Source: Terrimicrobiaceae bacterium
GTDB taxonomy: Bacteria > Verrucomicrobiota > Verrucomicrobiia > Chthoniobacterales > Terrimicrobiaceae
Assembly: GCA_041752695.1 (NCBI GenBank)
Contig: JBGSVZ010000036.1
Coordinates: forward strand, 29,876-93,875
Length of the DNA: 64,000 bases
Direction: 5' to 3'
Part shown: one piece after another, positions 56,424-64,000 of the stretch
Layout of the letters: every line of letters begins with the position of its first letter
How positions within the stretch are numbered: position 1 is the first letter of the stretch
The notes under the pieces: model-generated
What the model was told of the DNA's origin: nothing
Seen by the model: only the letters and a program-made list of their open reading frames with translations
Databases searched by the model: none
Position numbers and translations under genes: made by a program

Positions 56424-57935
56424 AGCATCCTTACCAGTCCGCGTGTCAGAACCACCAGTCTCGCCATCCAACTCGTAAGCCCGGGCGAGCAGCCATTCCG
56501 GGGGACTGTGTTGCATCATTTTGTCTCTCCAGGATCGTGAAACTGCCAGATCGCCAGCCTTCAGGCTGGCCAAGGCGAGATAGAATGCTGAGATCGTTTT
56601 GTCGTCCTCCGATTCAGACTGCTCGAAGACTTTTTGGAGCATTTGAGCACCTGCCTCAATTTGATCCAACTCGACGAGAATGGACCCCCGCGTTCCCTCC
56701 AGCGTAATTTCTCCCGGCTGGAGCTGCAGGGCGAACTGGGAATATCGGTCAATAGCGGGGAGCAATTCCGTCAAGCGACCTACGATCACCAGGTTAGCGG
56801 CCTGATCGCAGAGACTCACCTTGAGGCTGTCAGTGGATGCAGTATCGATCGCCTCGTCGAGGCATTTCCTCGCGGCGACCGTTTCCTCTCGATACGCAAG
56901 GCATCCGGCACGGGCAAATAAAAGGAGACAAAGTTCGTTATTTTTCAGGCGGCCGCCTGACAAAGTCTGATTCACCAGTTCCTCCAGTTTTGGAGCCGCG
57001 TCTTTTCCAACCCAGACGATTAATTTCGCGTAAATCTCGGCAAATTGGGGAAAAGGAAGTAAGAAAGCTTGATCCTTCTCCCACACCTCATTCCAAGAGG
57101 CCCGCTCCCTAATTTCCGGAAAATTTTCCGCTTCTCCCATCGGGATTGCCAGTTCCTCCAGGATCGCTGCCATATCGCCCTTGGTTTTCATCCCGTCGAT
57201 CATGACTTGGGTGGAAAAGAGACTAACGAAAAGTGCCGCGTGCTGAACGAGAAACATCTGCTTGTAGATTTCCACTGGGATAATCCGAAAGATGGCACTC
57301 TGGGGATCGACCGAAACGAGAATCCCCATGCCGACCAGAAAAGTGAGTAGGCTGGCCGCGGGTCCTCCTGAGTACAGGAGGAGTTTCGCTTTCCGAGTCC
57401 AGTGGCCATCCATGGGTTCTACCTCCACATAGCCCGAGGTTGGTTTCAGTCCAAAGCTCACCCTCAGGGTTCCCCGCGAGAAGCCGAATAGCTCCCACCC
57501 GGAGCCGACCCTCATCTTCACCGGACGAAGGCCTGCCCACCACGCCGCAACGACATGACCAAGTTCATGCAAGCCGATGAGGAGGTAGAGACCGAAAACG
57601 CAGTAGATTAAGAGGAATAGGAAGTGCGATTTGCCAATAGTGACGCACGACACAAGAACTATAAGCCAAGCCACGACCGCCGGCCAGTGCCGGAGGATGC
57701 TTTTCTCCTGCGACAAACTTCCGCTTTCCGAGAGCAGCCCCATCTCACGAGTTGCAGCATGCAAGAGGGCGCTTCCGGCCAACAGCGCGCCACTTCCCAG
57801 CAGAAGCATAAATGCTCGCACCGTCAGATCAACCACGCCCGACATGGCTGCATGAAGGCAAAAAAGTGTCAGCGATAGGGACGAGAGCCCTAGAAAGCCC
57901 AGGCAGACTCCGTAGATGACATTTAGGATTTTCAC
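56421..57935 (-). CDS. Site-2 protease (M50) family membrane metallopeptidase with TPR-like C-terminus
   Basis: HELGH in a TM segment, GGPAAS, late KGD; helical C-terminal repeats (GTRGSILVEL..YLALA). Confidence 0.75.
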   Translation of the reverse strand: MKILNVIYGVCLGFLGLSSLSLTLFCLHAAMSGVVDLTVRAFMLLLGSGALLAGSALLHAATREMGLLSESGSLSQEKSILRHWPAVVAWLIVLVSCVTIGKSHFLFLLIYCVFGLYLLIGLHELGHVVAAWWAGLRPVKMRVGSGWELFGFSRGTLRVSFGLKPTSGYVEVEPMDGHWTRKAKLLLYSGGPAASLLTFLVGMGILVSVDPQSAIFRIIPVEIYKQMFLVQHAALFVSLFSTQVMIDGMKTKGDMAAILEELAIPMGEAENFPEIRERASWNEVWEKDQAFLLPFPQFAEIYAKLIVWVGKDAAPKLEELVNQTLSGGRLKNNELCLLLFARAGCLAYREETVAARKCLDEAIDTASTDSLKVSLCDQAANLVIVGRLTELLPAIDRYSQFALQLQPGEITLEGTRGSILVELDQIEAGAQMLQKVFEQSESEDDKTISAFYLALASLKAGDLAVSRSWRDKMMQHSPPEWLLARAYELDGETGGSDTRTGKDA

Positions 57936-57954
57936 GCCGCTGCAAGGACGGGAT

Positions 57955-58173
57955 TCACCGCGTCAGCGCTCTCAGGAAAATAGCCTGTTGTTCCACCAAC
58001 CCGGACGTTTCCCCGCCATCCGTCGTCCTGTTCCCCGCAGGGAAAAACGAAGAGGCAATCGCAGCATTCTGGGATTCATCGAGCCGGCCCAACTCCTCTG
58101 CGCGAAAAGCTTCCAGTGCAGGCCCGGCAGCCCTCCACTGCTCCATCCACTTTTTCGTCTCCGCCCCATTCAT
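57955..58173 (-). CDS. Small hypothetical protein (possibly antitoxin-like)
   Basis: 72 aa, KWMEQWRAAGPALE..SGLVEQQAIF; TATCTT box 8 nt upstream of ATG. Confidence 0.6.
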   Translation of the reverse strand: MNGAETKKWMEQWRAAGPALEAFRAEELGRLDESQNAAIASSFFPAGNRTTDGGETSGLVEQQAIFLRALTR

Positions 58174-58325
58174 CGTCCCGGAAGATACCGTCCTACCGCC
58201 CCTCCAACAACCCCCTTTTCCCCCTGGGCGCGGATGGGATCCATTCGGGGTAGGGCTCCCTCGCGGACTCAACGCATGGCGGGGAGACCGCCTGGAGGGT
58301 TTTGCGCCGTCAAAACCGGATAGGG

Positions 58326-58476
58326 CTACGGATGAACGAGCAAACCGTCCGCTTTCGCCTCACGGCGCTGCCTCTCGTCGAAAGTCAGAAATTCCCGCAC
58401 ACCCAGTTCCAGCGCGGCCGCCACATGCCTGGCAACAAAGCGAAACGAGAAACCCGGTATCCGCATACGCGTTCAC
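58326..58476 (-). pseudogene. VapC/PIN toxin remnant with large internal deletion
   Basis: N-terminus VNAYADTGFLVSL joined out of frame to C-terminus HVAAALELGVREFLTFDERQRREAKADGL; only 151 bp. Confidence 0.8.
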
Positions 58477-58725
58477 CAGTCGCCGCGGTCCCTAATGAAT
58501 GCCGAATCTTCGGGACTCCACCGCCGCTTCCCAGCGTCTGCCCCCCCACAACTCACGCCGGATGGCGGCGAAATCCGGCTTCTGCACAGCTTCACGAGTT
58601 TTACGCGCCTCCACGATTTCCAGCGTTGCCACCACCTTCACCTTGCCGGATTTCCATTCGTCCGGCACCGGCAGGTGCAAGGTTCCGTCCGCATCCGCCT
58701 CCAAAACTGCGGTAATCGTGCTCAT
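58473..58725 (-). pseudogene. Antitoxin-like gene, probably frameshifted at a G7 run
   Basis: MSTITAVLEADADGTLHLPVP..PDFAA; removing one G (58541-58547) gives ..SPEDSAFIRDRGDW*, whose TGA overlaps the vapC GTG. Confidence 0.65.
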
Positions 58726-58921
58726 GCGGAAATACCCGGGCCCCGCCCTACTTGGCCTTCGCGAACACCTTGGTCGCAGAGCCCGTCTTTCGCGATTTCC
58801 AGGGTTTGATCAGTCCCCTCGAACTCGAAACCGCGAGAGGATGACCGATCTGAAAAGAAGCCGTCTTCTCCAGATTCATCAGCTTGCGAAACTCAGCCGT
58901 GATCTTAACCATGGGGGGAAC

Positions 58922-59419
58922 CTATCCGCGCCTTCCGCGGTTTGAAACGTTTTTAACCGGAAGAATCAGCTGCTCCTTTGTTCCCTTCGTTTGCTTCTGT
59001 AGAAATCCCCCTCCCAGCGCCCGCCGCAGCCGCGCTCGCAACCGGGCTTCATTTTTACGCGTCAGGTCATGCTCCCAGATCCGCAGGACACGCCAGCCCG
59101 CCTTACGCAGTGATTTGGTAACGAGTTTGTCCCGGAGTTTGTTGGCTGTGAGTTTCTTTTCCCAAAACTCCGCATTGTTCGCCGGGGAGGTTCCATGTTT
59201 GGGGCAGCCGTGCCAAAAACATCCGTCCACAAAGACAGCGAGTTTGCACTTCGGAAAAACAAAATCAGGCTTGCCGAAAAGTTTCTGATTTCTCCGCCAA
59301 CCCGTGATGCCTTCGGCGCGAAAGCGCGTCACAACCTTCAATTCGGTATCTCGATTCCCGCTCGCGCGAATCTGCGACATCACGGCGCTACGTTTTTCAG
59401 GATGAAAGACGTCTGCCAT
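58922..59419 (-). CDS. vsr: Very short patch repair endonuclease
   Basis: MADVF..RSAVMSQIR, GKPDFVF, VFVDGCFWHGCP, FWEKK, GWRVLRIWEH. Confidence 0.93.
   Translation of the reverse strand: MADVFHPEKRSAVMSQIRASGNRDTELKVVTRFRAEGITGWRRNQKLFGKPDFVFPKCKLAVFVDGCFWHGCPKHGTSPANNAEFWEKKLTANKLRDKLVTKSLRKAGWRVLRIWEHDLTRKNEARLRARLRRALGGGFLQKQTKGTKEQLILPVKNVSNRGRRG
58924..58943. repeat. Half copy (right arm) of the CRCGGAT-unit repeat at the vsr 3' end
   Basis: ATCCGCGCCTTCCGCGGTTT; reverse complement resembles GACCGCGGATGGCGCGGAT. Confidence 0.55.
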
Positions 59420-60960
59420 TAATCAAAAAGACCTAAAACTACATCGGCTATTTGTTTCGCCAACAGCGGAGGAACAGCATTACCAACTTGCTTGTATTGC
59501 TGAGTGCGTGGCCCTTCGAAGAAATAGTTGTCTGGGAAAGTTTGGAGACGCGCAGCCTCTCGCACCGTCAAACTTCGACACTGGCTGGAATCGTAGTGAA
59601 TAAAATAATGTCCATCTTTGGAGATATGGGATACCACCGTTGTTGATGGCCGATCCGCTAACTGAACCCGAAAGCGGTCGTTGAATTTGGTTTCAAGTAG
59701 AGCCGCCTCAACATTCTTGTGCTTAGGTAGCAGGGTCTTCGGAAAATCTTCCAACAGCGGAGAGCGTCCCATCTTGTGCGCGAAGACAGATGCAAAAAAA
59801 TACCGGTGTAAGTCATCGCGAATGTGTCCACGACTTTCGTGATTGGATACTCCCAGCATACATGGGTCAAGATACCACCCAATATGACGATCTGGAATGG
59901 CTATTGCCGGAAGGAAACGTTCACCGCGGGTTAGATCGGGTTGAATATTAACTATCGCCGATGTCAGGCCGTCCCGCACTTTTTCCGGCAACTTGGGATC
60001 AATTATCCACTGTGCTTCCGCCAAATCACGTACGGCCTTTCGCCACGCCTCCGGTGTATCTTCCTCCCTGGAAAGGCCACTGCGCAGCTGCGGAAGATCG
60101 CTGATTACCTGCTCGGTGGTGACCAAGCTTGGTGCAAGCGTCAGGGAACCGGGTTGATAGGCGAGATCGGACCGGATGCCTAGGATGATAACGCGGTGTC
60201 GCGCTTGCGGCACCCCGTAGTCTTCGGCGTGAAGGACAAAATCCTCCGGTGCAAATTCGTTCAGAAGATCACCCCGGTTTGCCGCCAGAGGCACCAGTCT
60301 ATATTCGAGGGTCTTGTCGCCTTCGACGGCGAGTTCCGGCAATGCTATCAACGGACTTCGAAGGTCACGAAGAATGCGGTCAAAAATGCGTTGGTCCTTC
60401 ACTCGGGCTGAAAGAAGCCCCTTTACATTCTCCATTACGAATACTGGCGGTCGATGCTTGGCAAGGATACGCAAGTAGTGCTTATATAATTCATGCCTGT
60501 GATCGGCATCATACACTTCCTTGCCCTTTCCACCGATGATGCGAGAACGCCCCACTAATGAATAAGCCTGACACGGCGGACCTCCGATGAGAACCCATTT
60601 GCGTGCAGTTCCTAAAGCTATCCGAATCCGCTCATCGATCAACTGGGGCGGGCATTCATCCGCCCCTAATGTCGCTTTCCACGCCTCCAGAGATGCTTTC
60701 TCCGCAGCTTGCCGATGTTTGCTGAAAAGATCGTTCCGTGAAATCGAACCTTTTAGGTAATCGTAGTATTCTCCAGGAAGTTGTCCCGGCGCAAATTCTC
60801 TAGTGAACGCCCTCAATTCTAATGTCTGATGGGCATAATCATCTTTTTCGACCGAAAGTTTGATCTTGAAATGACGTCGACCATCCGTATCGGTAAGCGC
60901 CGAGAATCCCTCCCCCAAACCACCAGGTCCGGCAAAAAGGTCAATAATAGGGATTGGCAT
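59419..60960 (-). CDS. dcm: DNA (cytosine-5)-methyltransferase
   Basis: DLFAGPGG (I), GGPPCQ (IV), ENV (VI), QARHR (VIII), RSLTVREAARLQTFP, QVGNAVPP. Confidence 0.95.
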   Translation of the reverse strand: MPIPIIDLFAGPGGLGEGFSALTDTDGRRHFKIKLSVEKDDYAHQTLELRAFTREFAPGQLPGEYYDYLKGSISRNDLFSKHRQAAEKASLEAWKATLGADECPPQLIDERIRIALGTARKWVLIGGPPCQAYSLVGRSRIIGGKGKEVYDADHRHELYKHYLRILAKHRPPVFVMENVKGLLSARVKDQRIFDRILRDLRSPLIALPELAVEGDKTLEYRLVPLAANRGDLLNEFAPEDFVLHAEDYGVPQARHRVIILGIRSDLAYQPGSLTLAPSLVTTEQVISDLPQLRSGLSREEDTPEAWRKAVRDLAEAQWIIDPKLPEKVRDGLTSAIVNIQPDLTRGERFLPAIAIPDRHIGWYLDPCMLGVSNHESRGHIRDDLHRYFFASVFAHKMGRSPLLEDFPKTLLPKHKNVEAALLETKFNDRFRVQLADRPSTTVVSHISKDGHYFIHYDSSQCRSLTVREAARLQTFPDNYFFEGPRTQQYKQVGNAVPPLLAKQIADVVLGLFD

Positions 60961-61040
60961 TTAGTGCTCTTGCTAGCGCGCAGAAAATTTGCTTCCCGAC
61001 CAACGGACTCACTTCTCGAATTGCAAGGTGGCTCACAGGC

Positions 61041-61763
61041 TCACGCCCCCTTGAACTTCGAAAATTCCTTGGGGAGTAGATCGAGAATGGAGTCCGAACC
61101 GATCGAGAGCAGGTCGAAAGTCCGGTCAAACTGCTGCACCAAATCACCGAAACGTCTCAAGGTTCCCGGCTTCTTACTATTCGGGGCAGCTCCTCTTTTG
61201 GGAGCATTCTTGCTGTGATCCCAATAAAGGCGGTAAAGCGCGTCAGCAATTCCTTTGTTGCCGCTGATTTGGTAACGCGAGGCTGTTTGCTCCTCCCAAT
61301 CCGTCAGGCTTGCGGGCTCGCCATGAATCAGAAGGCGGGATGAATTCCCCAAGCGAGAATACAGTTCGACCGGCCCGAAAACCCGATGCCTATATTTCCG
61401 ATTCCAAGCAGAGCTAAGGCTATATCGGACGGGATCGTTTAATTTTCGTTTTCCTCCAACTCCTGCTGGGCAAATCGAGTCAAAATGAAAAGCGGCAAGC
61501 CAATCCCAAAGGCCCGGCCAGTAGTCAGCAGGCAAACGTGCCTCGCGGATCGTCATTACGCTCGGAGCAAGCGCTTCCGCGAATTCAAATTTGGACGTAA
61601 AAATATGTGGCTCGACTGCGGCGCGTGCATGAGCGCGTCGGGTAAAATCTGGGTTCGTTAGCAACCCATCGGGAAAGGGTAGGGAAGGCTCGCTCTTGAG
61701 CTCTTGGAGCCACGAACCCCATTGTTCACGGCCCCCTTGGGTGAAGTAGCGAATTTCAGCCAT
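61041..61763 (-). CDS. Hypothetical protein in dcm-vsr operon
   Basis: 240 aa from MAEIRYF; GLWDWLAAFHFDSIC, RKYRH, RLYWD..PKRGA; overlaps upstream stop. Confidence 0.8.
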   Translation of the reverse strand: MAEIRYFTQGGREQWGSWLQELKSEPSLPFPDGLLTNPDFTRRAHARAAVEPHIFTSKFEFAEALAPSVMTIREARLPADYWPGLWDWLAAFHFDSICPAGVGGKRKLNDPVRYSLSSAWNRKYRHRVFGPVELYSRLGNSSRLLIHGEPASLTDWEEQTASRYQISGNKGIADALYRLYWDHSKNAPKRGAAPNSKKPGTLRRFGDLVQQFDRTFDLLSIGSDSILDLLPKEFSKFKGA

Positions 61764-62556
61764 GTGATTCCTCGGCCTCCTTTTTAGATTGAACAAACGA
61801 CTCAACGGCGTGCTGCTGCTTGCAAAACTCGGCGATGGATTCCTCGACCCACTCCTCGACTTCATCGGCAAATGAGCCGTCATCGTCGGAGACGGTCGCA
61901 CTGCCTTCACGGTTGGGGGTTGGACTTCCTGTAAGTTTTGCTGCGAAAACCAGCCAATCGTGATCTGGTTCCACTGAATCTCGCTCGGGGCCTAATAGCA
62001 GATGCGTGAGTATCTGCCGGATGACTGCGGGATAAACTAGCGCAACAAAATCGGGCTCACGCGCGAGCGCTGTGACATCGCGGGGTTCGTGGATAGCGGA
62101 GTTTAACTGAAGGCGAAATTCATTCGACTCAATACGCAACTTCCAGATAAGCGGGCCAAGGTCGACAGTCTCTACCGGGAGAATGCTTCGTCGCCCACTT
62201 TCAATTTCCTCTGGGGCGAGCGGGGTAACGGCATCTGCCCACGCGAGGAGCCGACGATCAGCGCTTGGTTCGACGACTTTGACGCGAAAGAGCGGTTTTA
62301 GACCGGGCGGAAAGTCGATAAGAGTGGCGTCTGCAGGATGCTCCGGATGTTCGACGGTCCCGAAGGAGAAGCGCATAACGACCGGGCCACTGTAGGCTTC
62401 CACGAAAACGAGGGCGGCAGGGTCAAGAGGGCGTTCAAGAGTCAGATCAACATCGCCTTGGAACTGAAGTGGCCCGGAACTATTAACGACCCAAGCAAGA
62501 CGCACTTGGGCGCGCGGGATTTTTTGCCGGTCGGTGTAGTTGAAGCGGCGAATCAT
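61756..62556 (-). CDS. Hypothetical protein in dcm-vsr operon
   Basis: 266 aa, MIRRFNYTDRQKI, VFVEAY, FRVKVV, SILPV; ATGA-coupled to upstream gene. Confidence 0.8.
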   Translation of the reverse strand: MIRRFNYTDRQKIPRAQVRLAWVVNSSGPLQFQGDVDLTLERPLDPAALVFVEAYSGPVVMRFSFGTVEHPEHPADATLIDFPPGLKPLFRVKVVEPSADRRLLAWADAVTPLAPEEIESGRRSILPVETVDLGPLIWKLRIESNEFRLQLNSAIHEPRDVTALAREPDFVALVYPAVIRQILTHLLLGPERDSVEPDHDWLVFAAKLTGSPTPNREGSATVSDDDGSFADEVEEWVEESIAEFCKQQHAVESFVQSKKEAEESHG

Positions 62557-63862
62557 TGGGAGAGTTCCTCAGACTCGACGGAGATATCGGGCTCGGTGTC
62601 GTCCTCCGAGGTGTCGTGCAACGGGCGGACATCCACAATGAGGTCGCGGTGGGGGTCAAAGCCCTTGGCCGTCAATTCGAAGTCGGGCCCATCCACATTG
62701 AGGATGAGACGATTTGGCGTCGCCTCAGCTATGGTGAGTCCGGAGAATTCGAGATCAAGGCCTGTGCGTTTGGTAAAATCGAAATCGGCAGGATGGTGCA
62801 GCCGGAAGGGGTTGCCACGAACGACTTCATACGCAGCACGGAGCTGGATAGCCGCTGGCGGCCTCACAGCCTTGGGGTGAGGTCGCAAATGAAATCCTCC
62901 ATAGAGCTTACTGCACTCAATGAAATAGTTGGTCGGCTTTACCGGCGGAACTAATGGGGGAATGATCGGCCCAAGCTTGGGCTTAGGTCCGGTGGAAATT
63001 GCCCTTCCGGGCTCAGGCACGCTAAAAAGGTGCTGGAGCAAATCCTTATCCACACCCTCAGGCCGGCGGGCGAGCAGGGCACAGAGGTGCTGCGCCGAAC
63101 GCTGAACGTAGGAAAGGATACTCGGACCGTGTTCATACCGGCCCCGAAAATGTTTACCGCCGCGTTCCCAACGGGTATGGGCGGGGTTTTCGGCATCACC
63201 GAGGAGATTCCCGAGTGCGTTGTCTCCAGCTTTAATGATGGCAAGGACTCCTGGCTCGCGAAGGTAATGCTGGCCGGAGATTGTGAGGCCATCTCGAAGG
63301 AACGTCTCGACCGCTTGTGTGCCGTCATTCGTGCGCTTGAGATACACCTCGAAAGAGGCGATTTCGTCACCAGTTCCGTCGATCCGCCTGACACGCACCG
63401 GCACATCGAACGCCAACAGATGGCCTTCTTGATAGCTCTGGCGAGCAGCCGTCACGGCTTCCGGCGAAGGGAAGCGCCCGTCAGCCGAATCCCATTTCGG
63501 AGCAGAGCCGGCAGGACAGCACGAAAATGAAATAGTGGCGCTAGGATCAAACTGATGCACCTCGCGGCCAAAGCGCAATTTTCGAAGTAACTGTTGACCG
63601 GCCAGTGTCGTCTCGCCGACACACTCGCGAACCACATCCTCAACTGTGTCGTGAGAAATCACGAGTTCCTCCCCCGTTGCTGCAAGAGCGACACGCACAA
63701 CTAGACGATCCTCTAGGATGACCCAGAACCAATGCTCAACCAACGAGCGGATGAGGGCGGCCATGGTGATGTCTTCTTCCGGCCACGGTATGACAAGCGA
63801 CAGACCAGGCTCGTCATTCCGTCGAGTGAGGGAGAAGTCAGAAGCGAAACGGTCCAAGACGC
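62553..63862 (-). pseudogene. 3' part of a large hypothetical protein gene, apparently interrupted by an IS630-like insertion
   Basis: ~436 open codons with no convincing start; begins abruptly at the CTAG junction; motifs EPGLSLVIP, FLRDGLTI, LGDAENPAHTRW. Confidence 0.65.
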
Positions 63863-64000
63863 TAGTGTGCTGGTTGTTAAATAGCTATACAAAACACAAA
63901 TTGGCGGTTACGATTGGCGGATGGCCCGTCCAATCCGCATTCTCGCAGCAAGCCCGGAACAGAAACGCAGCTTGGAGGCGATGATTTCTCGTCCAACCAC
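63863..64000 (+). mobile_element. Left end of a probable IS630-family insertion sequence (runs off window)
   Basis: TA junction followed by GTGTGCTG and an AT-rich end, then a transposase-like ORF start. Confidence 0.6.
63921..64000 (+). CDS. Probable IS630-family transposase, N-terminus (partial)
   Basis: MARPIRILAASPEQKRSLEAMISRPT, open to window end; resembles IS630 N-terminal HTH leaders. Confidence 0.55.
   Translation, partial: MARPIRILAASPEQKRSLEAMISRPT

Noticed and set aside
58748..58912. 54-codon minus-strand ORF (MVKITAEFRK..) as a HicB-like remnant
   Set aside because: Similarity too weak to call

Overview
High-GC bacterial chromosomal window, most likely from a Verrucomicrobiota-like organism. 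That is an inference from a PEP-CTERM protein, a large secreted protein with a DGxxNLxxYALGxNP...RFxRL C-terminus, and the gene repertoire. About 50 genes. Housekeeping/metabolic: xanthine dehydrogenase 3' part, phoBR-like pair, thuAB with AraC regulators, cysJ-like, mpl, mutM-like, cobA-hemD, recQ-like, MarR-RND efflux operon, nupC-like, rarA. Accessory elements: (i) a HUH/Y1 (RAYT-like) transposase bounded by a perfect 19-bp terminal inverted repeat, with a solo copy of that end 16.7 kb away; (ii) a ~1900-aa surface protein whose conserved core is split by five ~80-aa G-x-G-Y/F repeats; (iii) a hybrid kinase carrying every canonical ETR1 ethylene/copper-binding residue; (iv) a 1599-aa Mrr-like nuclease + SF2 helicase + 13 helicase-associated (HA) repeats; (v) a PEP-CTERM protein with thioester-domain motifs; (vi) several intact, frameshifted or deleted toxin-antitoxin pairs; (vii) a dispersed family of nested inverted repeats built from CRCGGAT units; (viii) at the right end, an AT-richer operon of three unknown genes + dcm + vsr whose first gene appears interrupted by an IS630-like element. 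The best candidates for undescribed systems are (iv) and (viii), then (i). No rRNA, tRNA or CRISPR array was seen. All family assignments come from motif recognition by eye, not from database searches.
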